From IMG/VR virus record IMGVR_UViG_3300009370_000001: a DNA stretch of 64,000 nt; one strand, written 5' to 3'. Positions within the stretch are counted from its first letter, which is position 1; every line of letters starts with the position of its first letter. Made by a program: the position numbers and the translations under genes. The DNA comes from a virus (Duplodnaviria; Caudoviricetes). Below are positions 52,403 through 61,496 of the stretch, piece after piece. The notes below the pieces were generated by a model that was given only the letters and a program-made list of their open reading frames with translations, did no database searches and was not told the origin of the DNA.

Positions 52403-52784
52403 TGCAAGTAGTCAAACGTACCAGCAGACTTTAAATGCAGATACAAAACATAATTGCTAATAATAATAACAATTTCGAATCTGTCCGCTTAGCGGCTTAA
52501 TCGGGTGGTTACCTAAAGCCATCAATCCAATTTAGGTATTTATCGCAACAGGATGGTAAGCGATATCTTATAGCCATCTATCTTTTTGTTAGTTTCTGAT
52601 AGCAAACTGACGCATCGATTGGAAAGGGTGAGGGTTTAGCTTGTCAGTCGATTAATCACCCCGCTTTTGTTGATTTTCACATAGCGGATGCCGGCCGTCA
52701 GACCGGTAAAAATCAACTAAACTTGTGAATGACTTGAATTTTAATATGCTTTGGACGCGGGTTCGACTCCCGCCGTCTCCACCA
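52363..52784 (+). ncRNA. ssrA: tmRNA
   Basis: 5' GGGGACGAAACGGCCTCGAC; 3' GGACGCGGGTTCGACTCCCGCCGTCTCCACCA; acceptor GGGGACG/CGTCTCC with G3-U; tag ANNNNNFESVRLAA* at 52456-52500. Confidence 0.96.
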
Positions 52785-52796
52785 TCTTACTAAGGA

Positions 52797-53495
52797 ATGC
52801 GTATATATCAAAATAAAACTAAGACAGCCATATTGCTTATTAATTTAAAGGCGGCTTCTACATCTGCTGCGACACATTGCCGAAAAGGCGAAATTTCACA
52901 GGTTACGAATTCATCAACAGAATATCGTAAAGTTGCAAGAGATCCACTATTATATAAACTAATGATAGTGCGAGAGCCCTACCAACGAATTGAAAGTTTT
53001 TATAAAAGTCGTTTTTATGTGCCTTACTCTCAAGATGAATGGCAAAAGCTCTTAAACACAATCACAGACTTAGAAATATATCAATGCCCTCTAACAGGCA
53101 AGTTTAAAGAGAGAAAATCCGGAAATAAATTACCGTTTTGGGTACGTATGGTAAATCATATATGTGAATATTTTGATAAAGAAGAATATTTTGCTGAAAA
53201 AATAGATTTTGAACAGTTTGTTATAAATGGGGTAGGAAAGGGATATCACGGACTTGGGCATTTATATGAACAAACCCGACTCTTGGAGCGCTCCCAAATT
53301 AACGCCGCGGCGGTAAATGAAATTATAAAACTTGAAAATCCGGATTTTACAAACTTAAACTCTTATTTTAATATAAATTTTGCTCATGAGAATAAAAGCT
53401 CGATAGACACGACCTTAATTTGGACGTCCGAAATGAGGCAAATAGCTTATGAAAAATACAAAAAAGATTTCGAAGAATTTAAATATACAAGATAA
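52797..53495 (+). CDS. Sulfotransferase family 2-like protein
   Basis: NLKAASTS (PAPS loop), IVREPYQRIESFY, HLYEQT, YEKYKKDFEEFKY. Confidence 0.8.
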   Translation: MRIYQNKTKTAILLINLKAASTSAATHCRKGEISQVTNSSTEYRKVARDPLLYKLMIVREPYQRIESFYKSRFYVPYSQDEWQKLLNTITDLEIYQCPLTGKFKERKSGNKLPFWVRMVNHICEYFDKEEYFAEKIDFEQFVINGVGKGYHGLGHLYEQTRLLERSQINAAAVNEIIKLENPDFTNLNSYFNINFAHENKSSIDTTLIWTSEMRQIAYEKYKKDFEEFKYTR

Positions 53496-53612
53496 TGAAT
53501 TAACAGACGAACAATTAGAAATAGTATGTGGCGGAATGAGAAAAGAAACATTCGACATATACGCAACAGATTTAATAAATAAAAATTTATTCTACAAACA
53601 AAAGGAAAAACA

Positions 53613-54053
53613 ATGAAAACAGTAGAAGTTGGAAACAACGTAAAAGTCCATTACGTAGGAACCCTTACAGATGGCACAGAATTTGATAGCTCGCATAAGC
53701 GAGGCGAGGCACTTCTTGTAGAAGTGGGCTCTCCTGGGCTATTAAAAGCTTTTGACGAAGCAATCGTGGGAATGACCGAGGGCGAAACAAAAGAGATCGT
53801 ACTCTCCGCTGAGGAAGGATATGGTCCCCGAAACCCCGAAGCAATGCAAACGGTTCCCAAGGAAGCCTTTGGCCCTGAATTTGAATTTGAAGAAGGTCAG
53901 ACTGTCCAAGGCAATGGCCCGTATGGACCTTTTTTAGCTACAATCAAGCAACTGGAAGAAACTCAAGTGGTATTGGATATGAACCATCCTCTTGCTGGTG
54001 AAACACTCAAATTTCAAATTGAAATGTTAGAAATTATTACGGAAGGAGAGTAA
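53613..54053 (+). CDS. FKBP-type peptidyl-prolyl isomerase (SlyD/FkpB-like)
   Basis: VKVHYVGTLTDGTEFDSS, AFDEAIVGM, EEGYG, DMNHPLAGETLKF. Confidence 0.95.
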   Translation: MKTVEVGNNVKVHYVGTLTDGTEFDSSHKRGEALLVEVGSPGLLKAFDEAIVGMTEGETKEIVLSAEEGYGPRNPEAMQTVPKEAFGPEFEFEEGQTVQGNGPYGPFLATIKQLEETQVVLDMNHPLAGETLKFQIEMLEIITEGE

Positions 54054-54054
54054 A

Positions 54055-54270
54055 ATGAGCTTTTTAGACAAATTTAAGAGTATTATTACATTTGATAGGC
54101 TAACAGTAGGAAATAAGGAAGTAGAATCAACACCAACAACCTCTACTTCCTCCGCTCCCGATCTGTCGACGCTTAAGGTTACGGAACTGAAGGCTCTGGC
54201 TAAAGAGCGAGGCATAAAAGGCTATTCTACATTAAAGAAGGCAGAACTGTTAAGCTTGTTGAGTGAATGA
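54055..54270 (+). CDS. Small protein with a Rho N-terminal / HeH domain
   Basis: LKVTELKALAKERGIKGYSTLKKAELL. Confidence 0.85.
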   Translation: MSFLDKFKSIITFDRLTVGNKEVESTPTTSTSSAPDLSTLKVTELKALAKERGIKGYSTLKKAELLSLLSE

Positions 54271-54617
54271 CTTATTTGTTATTATTGCTAATCGGATGTC
54301 TTCCGCCATTAGCTTATAGAAATTACGCCGGATCTAATTTCGATACTACTCGAAGTCCTTGCGTAGATGCTCTGTACGTTAATTTGGATAATTCCACCTG
54401 TGATGATGCTTTAATTTTCGATTTTCCTTATCATGATTATTTCATGGTTAGATGTATTGACGATAACCCTGGAATAATTGATAATTGGACAATCCACTCT
54501 TTTTATATCACTTCTCGATATAACACCTCTACATGGACCACGTTTATGATGGATGAATCATATACGTGGTTCTGTTCTGACCAGCAAATGGTCGTATATA
54601 CCAAACCAAGGAATTAA
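54267..54617 (+). CDS. Small lipoprotein
   Basis: Lipobox LLIGC. Confidence 0.6.
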   Translation: MTYLLLLLIGCLPPLAYRNYAGSNFDTTRSPCVDALYVNLDNSTCDDALIFDFPYHDYFMVRCIDDNPGIIDNWTIHSFYITSRYNTSTWTTFMMDESYTWFCSDQQMVVYTKPRN

Positions 54618-54618
54618 A

Positions 54619-54741
54619 ATGGATATAATTTCACAAATGTGTTTTCTAATGGCCGCACTTACATTCGGTGCTTTAGCAGGACACTACACAACCAAAGATT
54701 ACTATATCAAACAACTATTAACAAGGAAGGAAAATGAATAG
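54619..54741 (+). CDS. Small single-TM protein
   Basis: AAGGA RBS; hydrophobic core. Confidence 0.45.
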   Translation: MDIISQMCFLMAALTFGALAGHYTTKDYYIKQLLTRKENE

Positions 54742-56638
54742 ATTAATTTTATTACCCTTGTTGCTTGTTCCAGCATGCAACAAGGACTCGGGAAAGGATG
54801 CTCCCGACAGTGGCGACAGTGCCGCTGTAACTCCATTAGACCCACAAGGTCGAATTGGAGGATTTGTGACGGATGAAAATGGACAACCTATCGAAGGGGT
54901 TCTCATTTCTGCACAAGAAACCACGGCTACGTCGGCCGCAGATGGCTCCTATACTCTTTTAGAGATGGAGCCACAAACTGACATCGTGCTTAAATTTAGT
55001 AAGCGCGGCTATGCGTCTAATTATAAGGTCACTTCATTGATGACTTGGGAAACAGTCGCATCCAACGCAACTCTTTTGTCAATTGACGGAAGCGAGACGT
55101 TCTCTAGCTTTGATGAATCTTATTTTATCATTGAGGATACTACTGTAGCTTTTGAGCCTAATAGTTTCACGGATAAATCCACAGGACAGCGTTACAATGG
55201 CGATGTTACTGCTGAAGTTACTCACGTTGACCCGTCAACTGACGAGCTTTCTGGCGCACCCCGCGATCTGTCTGCTATTTCTAACAGTGAAGACTCTCAA
55301 CTAGTTTCTTATGGAATGGTTGACGTGTCATTGTTTGGCGAGAATGGCGAAGAGCTTTCGATTGACTTGGATAAGCCCGCAACCCTGCGCATTCCAATCA
55401 CCAATGGAAGCCTTCCAGACGGTCTCAAATTGGAGCCCGGAGACATTCAGAATACTTGGTCCTTTGATCCCCTCCAGGGAACCTGGATCGAAGAAGCAAC
55501 CGGCACTGTCAGCGCCACTGACGATCAGTTGTATTTCATTTTTGAAGCTCCGCACTTTTCGTGGTGGAACTGCGATATGGGATTCGTTCCATCGTGCGCA
55601 GAAGGTCGTGTAATCGACTTTCAGGGCTTTCCGGTACGTGGAGCCGATGTGACGTGCGCCGGCGGTCAGACGACCTCTACGGCGGTCACAAATGACGATG
55701 GAGAGTATCAATGCAGCATCATGGTTGGCGATTATGTCAGCTTCACCGGCCACACTTTTGTCGGTGGACAAGATTGGCAAAAGACGAAGGGATCTATCTT
55801 TATGGATAGTGAAGGTTCATCGGCTGCAGACTGCGAACCGATTCCAGACATTCAGATTGATGTCTGTCGCATTGCGGGAGCAGTTAATATTGAAAACTAT
55901 GATTCTATTGTAGATATCAATGAGCCTCAAGGCGTCGGAGCAGACGGAATTTCTGCTGTCTTTTGGGAACCCCCCGGACCTATTTCATATTGTGAAAACC
56001 CTTGGGATAGCTTAGAAGCCGGCGAATGCTGGAGTGGAACTAATGAAGAAATTGTTTCTATGTTCCCAGAGAGCGCTTTCCCTGGAATTCCCGATAGTGC
56101 CCGTTCCGCAGGCAACTGGGTTGAACTTTCCAATGATTATCGTTCTTATCGAATGGAGAAAAGCTTTGAAGGAACTTTGCCCTTTTATGTTTGGAATTCT
56201 CACGAAATGGAAGAAGGTCGTATCTTAACAGATCGCCCGGACTTCAAGCAAGGACAAAATATCAGCGTCGAAGCCGATGGCGACTTTACGTCGTATTTTG
56301 GCACCTGGAGCGTCGAAGAATTTGCGACCATACCTGACCAAGTATATTTTTCTGCAGACAATCTAGTGTACAATGGCGGCGGCTTACTCGTAGATTATGG
56401 CAACGCTAGTGGAGATCATGTCTTCTTTGCAGCCATTTTAGGAGAAAACCAAATGCTTTGCAAGTTTGATAACGATGGTGGGTTTATGGTACCCGCTGAC
56501 GCTCTCAACAAGCTAGATGCAGGATGGGGAGGAGCATCGGTATTTAATCTATCGATGGAACTTTCCGCAGGTCCCGATGGCTTGCCAATTTATTCGCAAG
56601 TATTTTCAGGAGAAACTGTTCCTCTGCGAGTTGAGTAG
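54734..56638 (+). CDS. Large lipoprotein with carboxypeptidase-regulatory-like beta-sandwich domains
   Basis: Lipobox LVPAC; GFVTDENGQPIEGV...ADGSY, APHFSWWNCD, GRVIDFQG.PV.GA.V. Confidence 0.8.
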   Translation: MNRLILLPLLLVPACNKDSGKDAPDSGDSAAVTPLDPQGRIGGFVTDENGQPIEGVLISAQETTATSAADGSYTLLEMEPQTDIVLKFSKRGYASNYKVTSLMTWETVASNATLLSIDGSETFSSFDESYFIIEDTTVAFEPNSFTDKSTGQRYNGDVTAEVTHVDPSTDELSGAPRDLSAISNSEDSQLVSYGMVDVSLFGENGEELSIDLDKPATLRIPITNGSLPDGLKLEPGDIQNTWSFDPLQGTWIEEATGTVSATDDQLYFIFEAPHFSWWNCDMGFVPSCAEGRVIDFQGFPVRGADVTCAGGQTTSTAVTNDDGEYQCSIMVGDYVSFTGHTFVGGQDWQKTKGSIFMDSEGSSAADCEPIPDIQIDVCRIAGAVNIENYDSIVDINEPQGVGADGISAVFWEPPGPISYCENPWDSLEAGECWSGTNEEIVSMFPESAFPGIPDSARSAGNWVELSNDYRSYRMEKSFEGTLPFYVWNSHEMEEGRILTDRPDFKQGQNISVEADGDFTSYFGTWSVEEFATIPDQVYFSADNLVYNGGGLLVDYGNASGDHVFFAAILGENQMLCKFDNDGGFMVPADALNKLDAGWGGASVFNLSMELSAGPDGLPIYSQVFSGETVPLRVE

Positions 56639-56657
56639 ACTAAGTAATAGGAACTTC

Positions 56658-56687
56658 GGGGGCCAGAGCAATCTGGCTCCCTTTTTT
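56658..56687 (+). terminator. Rho-independent terminator
   Basis: GGGGGCCAGA-GCAA-TCTGGCTCCC followed by TTTTTT. Confidence 0.85.
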
Positions 56688-56702
56688 ATAGGAGACAAGA
56701 AA

Positions 56703-56918
56703 ATGGACAGACTTCAACAAAGGCGCGATCAAATTCGTGCACGCAACCGGGTTCGTTATACTGCGGACCAAGAAATCATGAGAACATATCACATTAATGC
56801 TGATTTAACTCGTGAAACTACCGATGAAATCGAGAAGGCTCTGTGGGAGTTAAAAGACTCGATGGATCTGCCAACAGAAGAGATTGAATTGGCTATTGCT
56901 TCACGTCGATTAAAATAA
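56703..56918 (+). CDS. Hypothetical protein
   Basis: AGGAG RBS before ATG 56703. Confidence 0.6.
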   Translation: MDRLQQRRDQIRARNRVRYTADQEIMRTYHINADLTRETTDEIEKALWELKDSMDLPTEEIELAIASRRLK

Positions 56919-56979
56919 ATTATTTTTTTATCCTTCTGTTAAAAAATATGGTATAATTATTAATGAAGGAGAATTATGA

Positions 56980-57426
56980 GTGGGAACTATTTTTGCGTTT
57001 AGTCTCGGATTACTTTATGCAAATTTCATGGAATGGTACGTCCACAAATATTTCTTTCATGGTCTTGGAAAAAAACAAAATAGTATTTTCGCTTTTCACC
57101 TAAGACAGCACCATATTGAATCACGCAATAATAAGTTCCTAGATACTCGCGTAACCAAGCGCGAAACACTGGGGCTTTTAGCGTTTCTGGCGCTCTATCT
57201 GCCGCTCTATTCTGTAGTGCCCGCGTTTTATATAGCGCTGGTGGTATATGGGGCGGCATTTGTAATTGTGCACAAACTTTTACATATATACCCCCATATA
57301 GCTAAAAGGCATTTTTGGTGGCATTGGAACCACCATATGCATAATCAAAATAAAAGTTGGAACGTCGTCTTTCCTCTAATGGACTGGATCACGGGTACTT
57401 TGGAGGAACGCCAAGATGAAAGTTAA
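56980..57426 (+). CDS. Sterol desaturase / fatty acid hydroxylase family membrane protein
   Basis: His boxes HKYFFH, HLRQHH, HKLLH, HWNHHMH; WNVVFPLMDWITGT. Confidence 0.85.
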   Translation: MGTIFAFSLGLLYANFMEWYVHKYFFHGLGKKQNSIFAFHLRQHHIESRNNKFLDTRVTKRETLGLLAFLALYLPLYSVVPAFYIALVVYGAAFVIVHKLLHIYPHIAKRHFWWHWNHHMHNQNKSWNVVFPLMDWITGTLEERQDES

Positions 57427-57910
57427 AGTCGCGTTCTACAAAGGAAAGGGCAACTGGAAACATAAGATAGTGCGGTGGTGGACAAAAAGTCCCTATAGCC
57501 ATGCCGAACTTATCATGCCAGACAATTACACATGGATAAGTATCAGCCCTCTTTTGACGGCCACAGTTTCAAAAAGGATTAAAACTGATTTTGATTTAGA
57601 CAATTGGGATTTTGTATCTTTAGAAATTGATGAAGTACAACATGAAGTTATTCAAGATTTTTATCAAGAAACAGAAGGGTGTAAATACGACTGGGTGGGA
57701 ATGATTTTATCTCAATTGTTGTCTTTTAATATTAAACAAAAAAACAAATGGTATTGTAGTGAATGGATCGCTTATGCTCTCCGTATTGCTGGCATAATCG
57801 ATTGGAGAGTAATAAAAATTTATGATCAAAGTGATTTGTCTCCCAAAAAGCTTTATGAGATTATAACAAGCCAAAAAGAGGAACAACAAGAATGTCCTCC
57901 GGAAAATTAA
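57416..57910 (+). CDS. Permuted papain-like (YiiX/NlpC-P60-like) enzyme
   Basis: SPYSHAEL (His), KYDWVG, WYCSEW (Cys), LSPKKL. Confidence 0.8.
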   Translation: MKVKVAFYKGKGNWKHKIVRWWTKSPYSHAELIMPDNYTWISISPLLTATVSKRIKTDFDLDNWDFVSLEIDEVQHEVIQDFYQETEGCKYDWVGMILSQLLSFNIKQKNKWYCSEWIAYALRIAGIIDWRVIKIYDQSDLSPKKLYEIITSQKEEQQECPPEN

Positions 57911-58140
57911 TCGAAGAAATCAAGGCGGGCGATTTGGTTCTCTTAAGAGAGCGCCGCAAAAAATATAAGAAAAGGCCCGCATTAATATTAAAAGTTTTGA
58001 GCGATCATGAGCGGATTTTTGTTGAATCTACGATCTGGACCGATTTTCACTATATGGTATACACTGAAGGAAAGACTATGTACGTGTCGGAGGGTCACAT
58101 AGATCGAGTTATAAGCAGTAATGAAGAGCCGGAAATTTAA
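57892..58140 (+). CDS. xGDLV-family protein
   Basis: IKAGDLVL...ALILKV...IDRVIS. Confidence 0.6.
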   Translation: MSSGKLIEEIKAGDLVLLRERRKKYKKRPALILKVLSDHERIFVESTIWTDFHYMVYTEGKTMYVSEGHIDRVISSNEEPEI

Positions 58141-58327
58141 AATAGACGAATGGGTACTATATGACCCTTATCTATCTGGTGAAAACACTACACTACGACT
58201 CAAAGCAGTGGTCCTGGAGGTGCTAGAAAATGATTTATTCTATGATTACAGGATTTTTATCGACGGTAGGGGTACTATTACAAAAGTGCGGGAGGAGAAT
58301 CTCTTTCTTTGTGAAGAAACTACGTAA
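58121..58327 (+). CDS. xGDLV-like protein
   Basis: FKIDEWV...AVVLEV...YRIF. Confidence 0.6.
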   Translation: MKSRKFKIDEWVLYDPYLSGENTTLRLKAVVLEVLENDLFYDYRIFIDGRGTITKVREENLFLCEETT

Positions 58328-58383
58328 TAATGAGGAGCCACCATTCCGTTGCCCTTGCTGCGGTTTTGCTCCTTGCGACTGCG

Positions 58384-59280
58384 ATGACCATTAAAAAGAT
58401 AAAATTACTACTTTTAACAGCTTTAATAGTGCTCGGTTGCCAGCCAGATTATGGTATGCAGTACGAGGTGATAGAAGAGATCCAGCCAACTGAGGTAGTT
58501 GTAGATTCGTTCGTACAACCAAGCCCTCCGACCAAATTAGATGTATTGATTGTGCTTGATACTTCGGGTTCAATGAACGATAATTTTCAACAAGTAAGCA
58601 CAGGAGTGGAGTTGTTGCGCGGAGATATCGAAGCCCTAACACTTGATTATAAAATTGGCTTTATAAACTCAGGATTGGTCAGTCCGTATTTTGCTGGTCC
58701 TTATGACTATAATTCGGATTCTATTGATTTTTTGTTGGCCCCTTATATATTGGGCGCTGATTGGTACGAAAGAGCGTTCCAGACAATGCATGGGTTCGTC
58801 TCAAGCACACCTGAAGGCATCGCATTCTTTCGAGATGATGCAGACAAATTAATTATTTTTGTTTCTGATGAAGACGAGCAAGGAGCCATCCCAACAAATA
58901 CTTTTCATGATTGGCTTGTAGACAAGTTTAAAGGAGTGCAACATGACGTAGTGGCCATTGTGCAAGTTGAAGATGGTGAATGCGCAAGCACTTGGCAATA
59001 TGATGTAGGTCAGAAATTTATTGATTTAGTAGCTTATTATGGAAAAGTGGGAATTGACATTTGCAGCGATTGGGAAGCGTGGCTAGCCGACAGCACATTT
59101 TTAGTAGGTGAGATTAATTATATAAACCTCACTCAAAAACCACTCGAAGACAGCCTTGTAGTTTATAGAAACGGTCTGGAAACCGCACTATGGTATTATT
59201 TGCCTAGTACTAACACGGTATATTTAGACTTTGTGCCGGATCCGGGAGAACTCATTGAAGTAGGATATGTTGTTTTATAA
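58384..59280 (+). CDS. vWA-domain lipoprotein (paralog of the C-terminal half of 32580)
   Basis: Lipobox IVLGC; VLIVLDTSGSM, FVSDEDE, IDICSDW, WYYLPSTNTVYLDFVP. Confidence 0.85.
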   Translation: MTIKKIKLLLLTALIVLGCQPDYGMQYEVIEEIQPTEVVVDSFVQPSPPTKLDVLIVLDTSGSMNDNFQQVSTGVELLRGDIEALTLDYKIGFINSGLVSPYFAGPYDYNSDSIDFLLAPYILGADWYERAFQTMHGFVSSTPEGIAFFRDDADKLIIFVSDEDEQGAIPTNTFHDWLVDKFKGVQHDVVAIVQVEDGECASTWQYDVGQKFIDLVAYYGKVGIDICSDWEAWLADSTFLVGEINYINLTQKPLEDSLVVYRNGLETALWYYLPSTNTVYLDFVPDPGELIEVGYVVL

Positions 59281-59286
59281 AAATAC

Positions 59287-59314
59287 TTGACTTTCTTTTA
59301 GATGGTGTTATAAT
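59287..59314 (+). promoter_or_regulatory. sigma70-type promoter
   Basis: TTGACT-16 nt-TATAAT with TG extension. Confidence 0.6.
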
Positions 59315-59338
59315 ATAAAAGGAGTCAAGGAGGAAATA

Positions 59339-59554
59339 GTGGACCCGAATAACGAAAACAATAAAAGCTGGAAACAAGAAGGTATTTTTGATACTTATAA
59401 CGAGGCTGATAGTACACGAGCAGTAATGCTCTCAATGAATACTGATAATAAGCTATTAGTAAAAGTAAAAAGGTGCGGACCTGGAGGAACGCGATTTAAG
59501 GTTAAATCGTACTATCCACCCGAACCTAAAAAAAATAAGAAGAGGAAAAATTAA
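59339..59554 (+). CDS. Hypothetical protein
   Basis: GGAGG RBS, GTG start. Confidence 0.65.
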   Translation: MDPNNENNKSWKQEGIFDTYNEADSTRAVMLSMNTDNKLLVKVKRCGPGGTRFKVKSYYPPEPKKNKKRKN

Positions 59555-60048
59555 TGACGATTCACCGCGATATGTATGATGTTAAGAAAGAAAAGCCAAC
59601 TGTAATGGTTTCTGGAGGATTTGATCCAGTGCATGCCGGACACATTCGATTAATTCGTGCGGCTGCAGAACATGGTGATGTAATCGTTATCGCCAATTCA
59701 GATGAATGGTTGTTCCGTAAAAAAGGATTTGTATTTATGGATTTTGATGCCCGGGCAGAAATTTTAAATGCAGTTAAGGGTGTTGTGGTGGTAGATTCGG
59801 TTGATGATAGTGATGGCACTGTTTGTGATGCTATATATCGCCATCGGCCTACCTATTTTGCCAATGGTGGTGATCGAGGCCGAAATAATACTCCGGAGCA
59901 ATCAGTTTGCGAAGAATTGGGAGTAGAATTATTGTGGGGAGTTGGTGGAGATAAAAAACTAGCAAGCTCCTCCGATCTTGTCGAGAACGCACGCAGTTTT
60001 GAGGAGAAGCCTCCGCGCCGGTATACTAGTAAAGTTTCCGAAAAATAA
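59554..60048 (+). CDS. Cytidylyltransferase-like (HxGH) nucleotidyltransferase, TagD/RfaE-like
   Basis: VSGGFDPVHAGH, ANSDEWL.RKKG, RAEIL, FANGGDR, SSSDL. Confidence 0.92.
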   Translation: MTIHRDMYDVKKEKPTVMVSGGFDPVHAGHIRLIRAAAEHGDVIVIANSDEWLFRKKGFVFMDFDARAEILNAVKGVVVVDSVDDSDGTVCDAIYRHRPTYFANGGDRGRNNTPEQSVCEELGVELLWGVGGDKKLASSSDLVENARSFEEKPPRRYTSKVSEK

Positions 60049-60066
60049 TTATTTATGGAAAAGTAC

Positions 60067-60095
60067 TTGACAAATGCCAAATTTTAGATTATATT
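60067..60095 (+). promoter_or_regulatory. sigma70-type promoter
   Basis: TTGACA-17 nt-TATATT. Confidence 0.6.
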
Positions 60096-60183
60096 GTGAA
60101 TTAGTGTTATTTTCCCTCGCAGGATTTATAATATGTTATATAATTGATGGAGGGTTAGGATAGACTATCAAAAAAACGATATT

Positions 60184-60429
60184 GTGTTGGTAAAATCAGT
60201 TGCAGGCGATGCAATTCCGCTAATTCATGTTCGCCTACTAGAAAGAGAGATCAGACCGCCCTCTAAGGGAAGCACTTTTGATTGGCCCGGATATTCAGGA
60301 TGGATGGCAACGCCAATTTATCAAAAAGAGATCGAGATTTTAAAAAAAGAATGGAACATTCCATTTAAAAAAGCAAACAAAGATTTAACATTTGTTTATG
60401 ATAAAAATATCATTAAAAAAATTATTTAA
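60184..60429 (+). CDS. Hypothetical protein
   Basis: ORF before tRNA-Asn. Confidence 0.55.
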   Translation: MLVKSVAGDAIPLIHVRLLEREIRPPSKGSTFDWPGYSGWMATPIYQKEIEILKKEWNIPFKKANKDLTFVYDKNIIKKII

Positions 60430-60433
60430 AAAT

Positions 60434-60509
60434 TGGGGTGTAGTTCAATCGGCAGAACGTCTGACTGTTAATCAGAAAGTTGCAGGTTCGAGTCCTGCTG
60501 CCCCAGCCA
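60434..60509 (+). tRNA. tRNA-Asn(GTT)
   Basis: Acceptor TGGGGTG/TGCCCCA, anticodon stem TCTGA/TCAGA, loop CT-GTT-AA, T-loop TTCGAGT, CCA; 76 nt. Confidence 0.95.
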
Positions 60510-60529
60510 CACACCATAAAGGAGAAAAC

Positions 60530-60706
60530 ATGACTGTTGCAAACAATACACAGCAACTTAAAGAAGCAAAACAAGAGATTTTACAATTGCGCTTACGTAT
60601 TAGCCAATTGGTTGACGAGATCACAACATTGAAGGCAGACGTTCGCACGTTCAAGAATAGTGTTGCAGAAGATGTAAAGTATTTGACCACCCGCGTCGAT
60701 GGCTAA
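60530..60706 (+). CDS. Small coiled-coil protein
   Basis: AAGGAG RBS before ATG 60530. Confidence 0.6.
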   Translation: MTVANNTQQLKEAKQEILQLRLRISQLVDEITTLKADVRTFKNSVAEDVKYLTTRVDG

Positions 60707-60902
60707 GTGGAAAAAATTTAGTAAATTTTCACTAATTTGGTATAGCCAGCAATTTGCAATTCCTTTTTGGATTGTTGGACATATTCACTTGCATCTTAAT
60801 GATTACCGTGATATAATAGAATTATCAAGTTCGGCTGTAATGCATTTTATGGTCGCACTTGGTTTTTGGTTTGATTGGAAAAATTATGATAAAGGAGAAT
60901 AA
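60699..60902 (+). CDS. Small membrane protein
   Basis: Two hydrophobic segments. Confidence 0.55.
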   Translation: MAKWKKFSKFSLIWYSQQFAIPFWIVGHIHLHLNDYRDIIELSSSAVMHFMVALGFWFDWKNYDKGE

Positions 60903-61376
60903 ATGTCATTTACTCAAAAATTAAAGAACCTGGAAGTTGATCCTTCCACAACGGCAACGTTGACTTATATTGATGGGGTCGATGTATTCGTACACAATGA
61001 GACAGAGATTGAAACCGCCCTGGCCGAGACCAATGTGGTAAATCAATTATGTGAATTAGTAGCCACACCCGGTTTAAATGTAACGACTGCATATGGAACT
61101 CATATTTTGCAAGAATTGCGCAACTCCCACCTTCTCGAAGAATATGAACGTGGTAGTTTTGAGTTTTCAGATTATCTTACTGGTGTTGTCAGTGAGAATT
61201 TCTATGAATTTGATTTCATCGATGCAAACATTCAAAAATTTGATCATAAGCGTGGCTTTTGCGAATTGCGCGCCGAGGTTAAAGTTCCAGTTGGTGAATT
61301 GATCGACGCGAGCGCTTTCTTGAGTACCTGGACCGTTTCTGTGCCGACAGAAAATGGCGTCCTTACTCTAGAGTAA
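60903..61376 (+). CDS. Hypothetical protein
   Basis: AAGGAG RBS. Confidence 0.7.
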   Translation: MSFTQKLKNLEVDPSTTATLTYIDGVDVFVHNETEIETALAETNVVNQLCELVATPGLNVTTAYGTHILQELRNSHLLEEYERGSFEFSDYLTGVVSENFYEFDFIDANIQKFDHKRGFCELRAEVKVPVGELIDASAFLSTWTVSVPTENGVLTLE

Positions 61377-61379
61377 AGC

Positions 61380-61475
61380 GCGTCCGCTGTATCGTCGGGT
61401 AAATAATAACGATACGTGGCTGCCGAACGTCACGCAGGCAGGGGTTTACGGTCATCCTTGGACGCTTAAAACCGT
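61380..61475 (+). ncRNA. Candidate pseudoknotted structured RNA
   Basis: Intergenic GC-rich stretch with five complementary pairings, two of them crossing. Confidence 0.5.
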
Positions 61476-61496
61476 TTCCTCATAGGCTAAACACAA

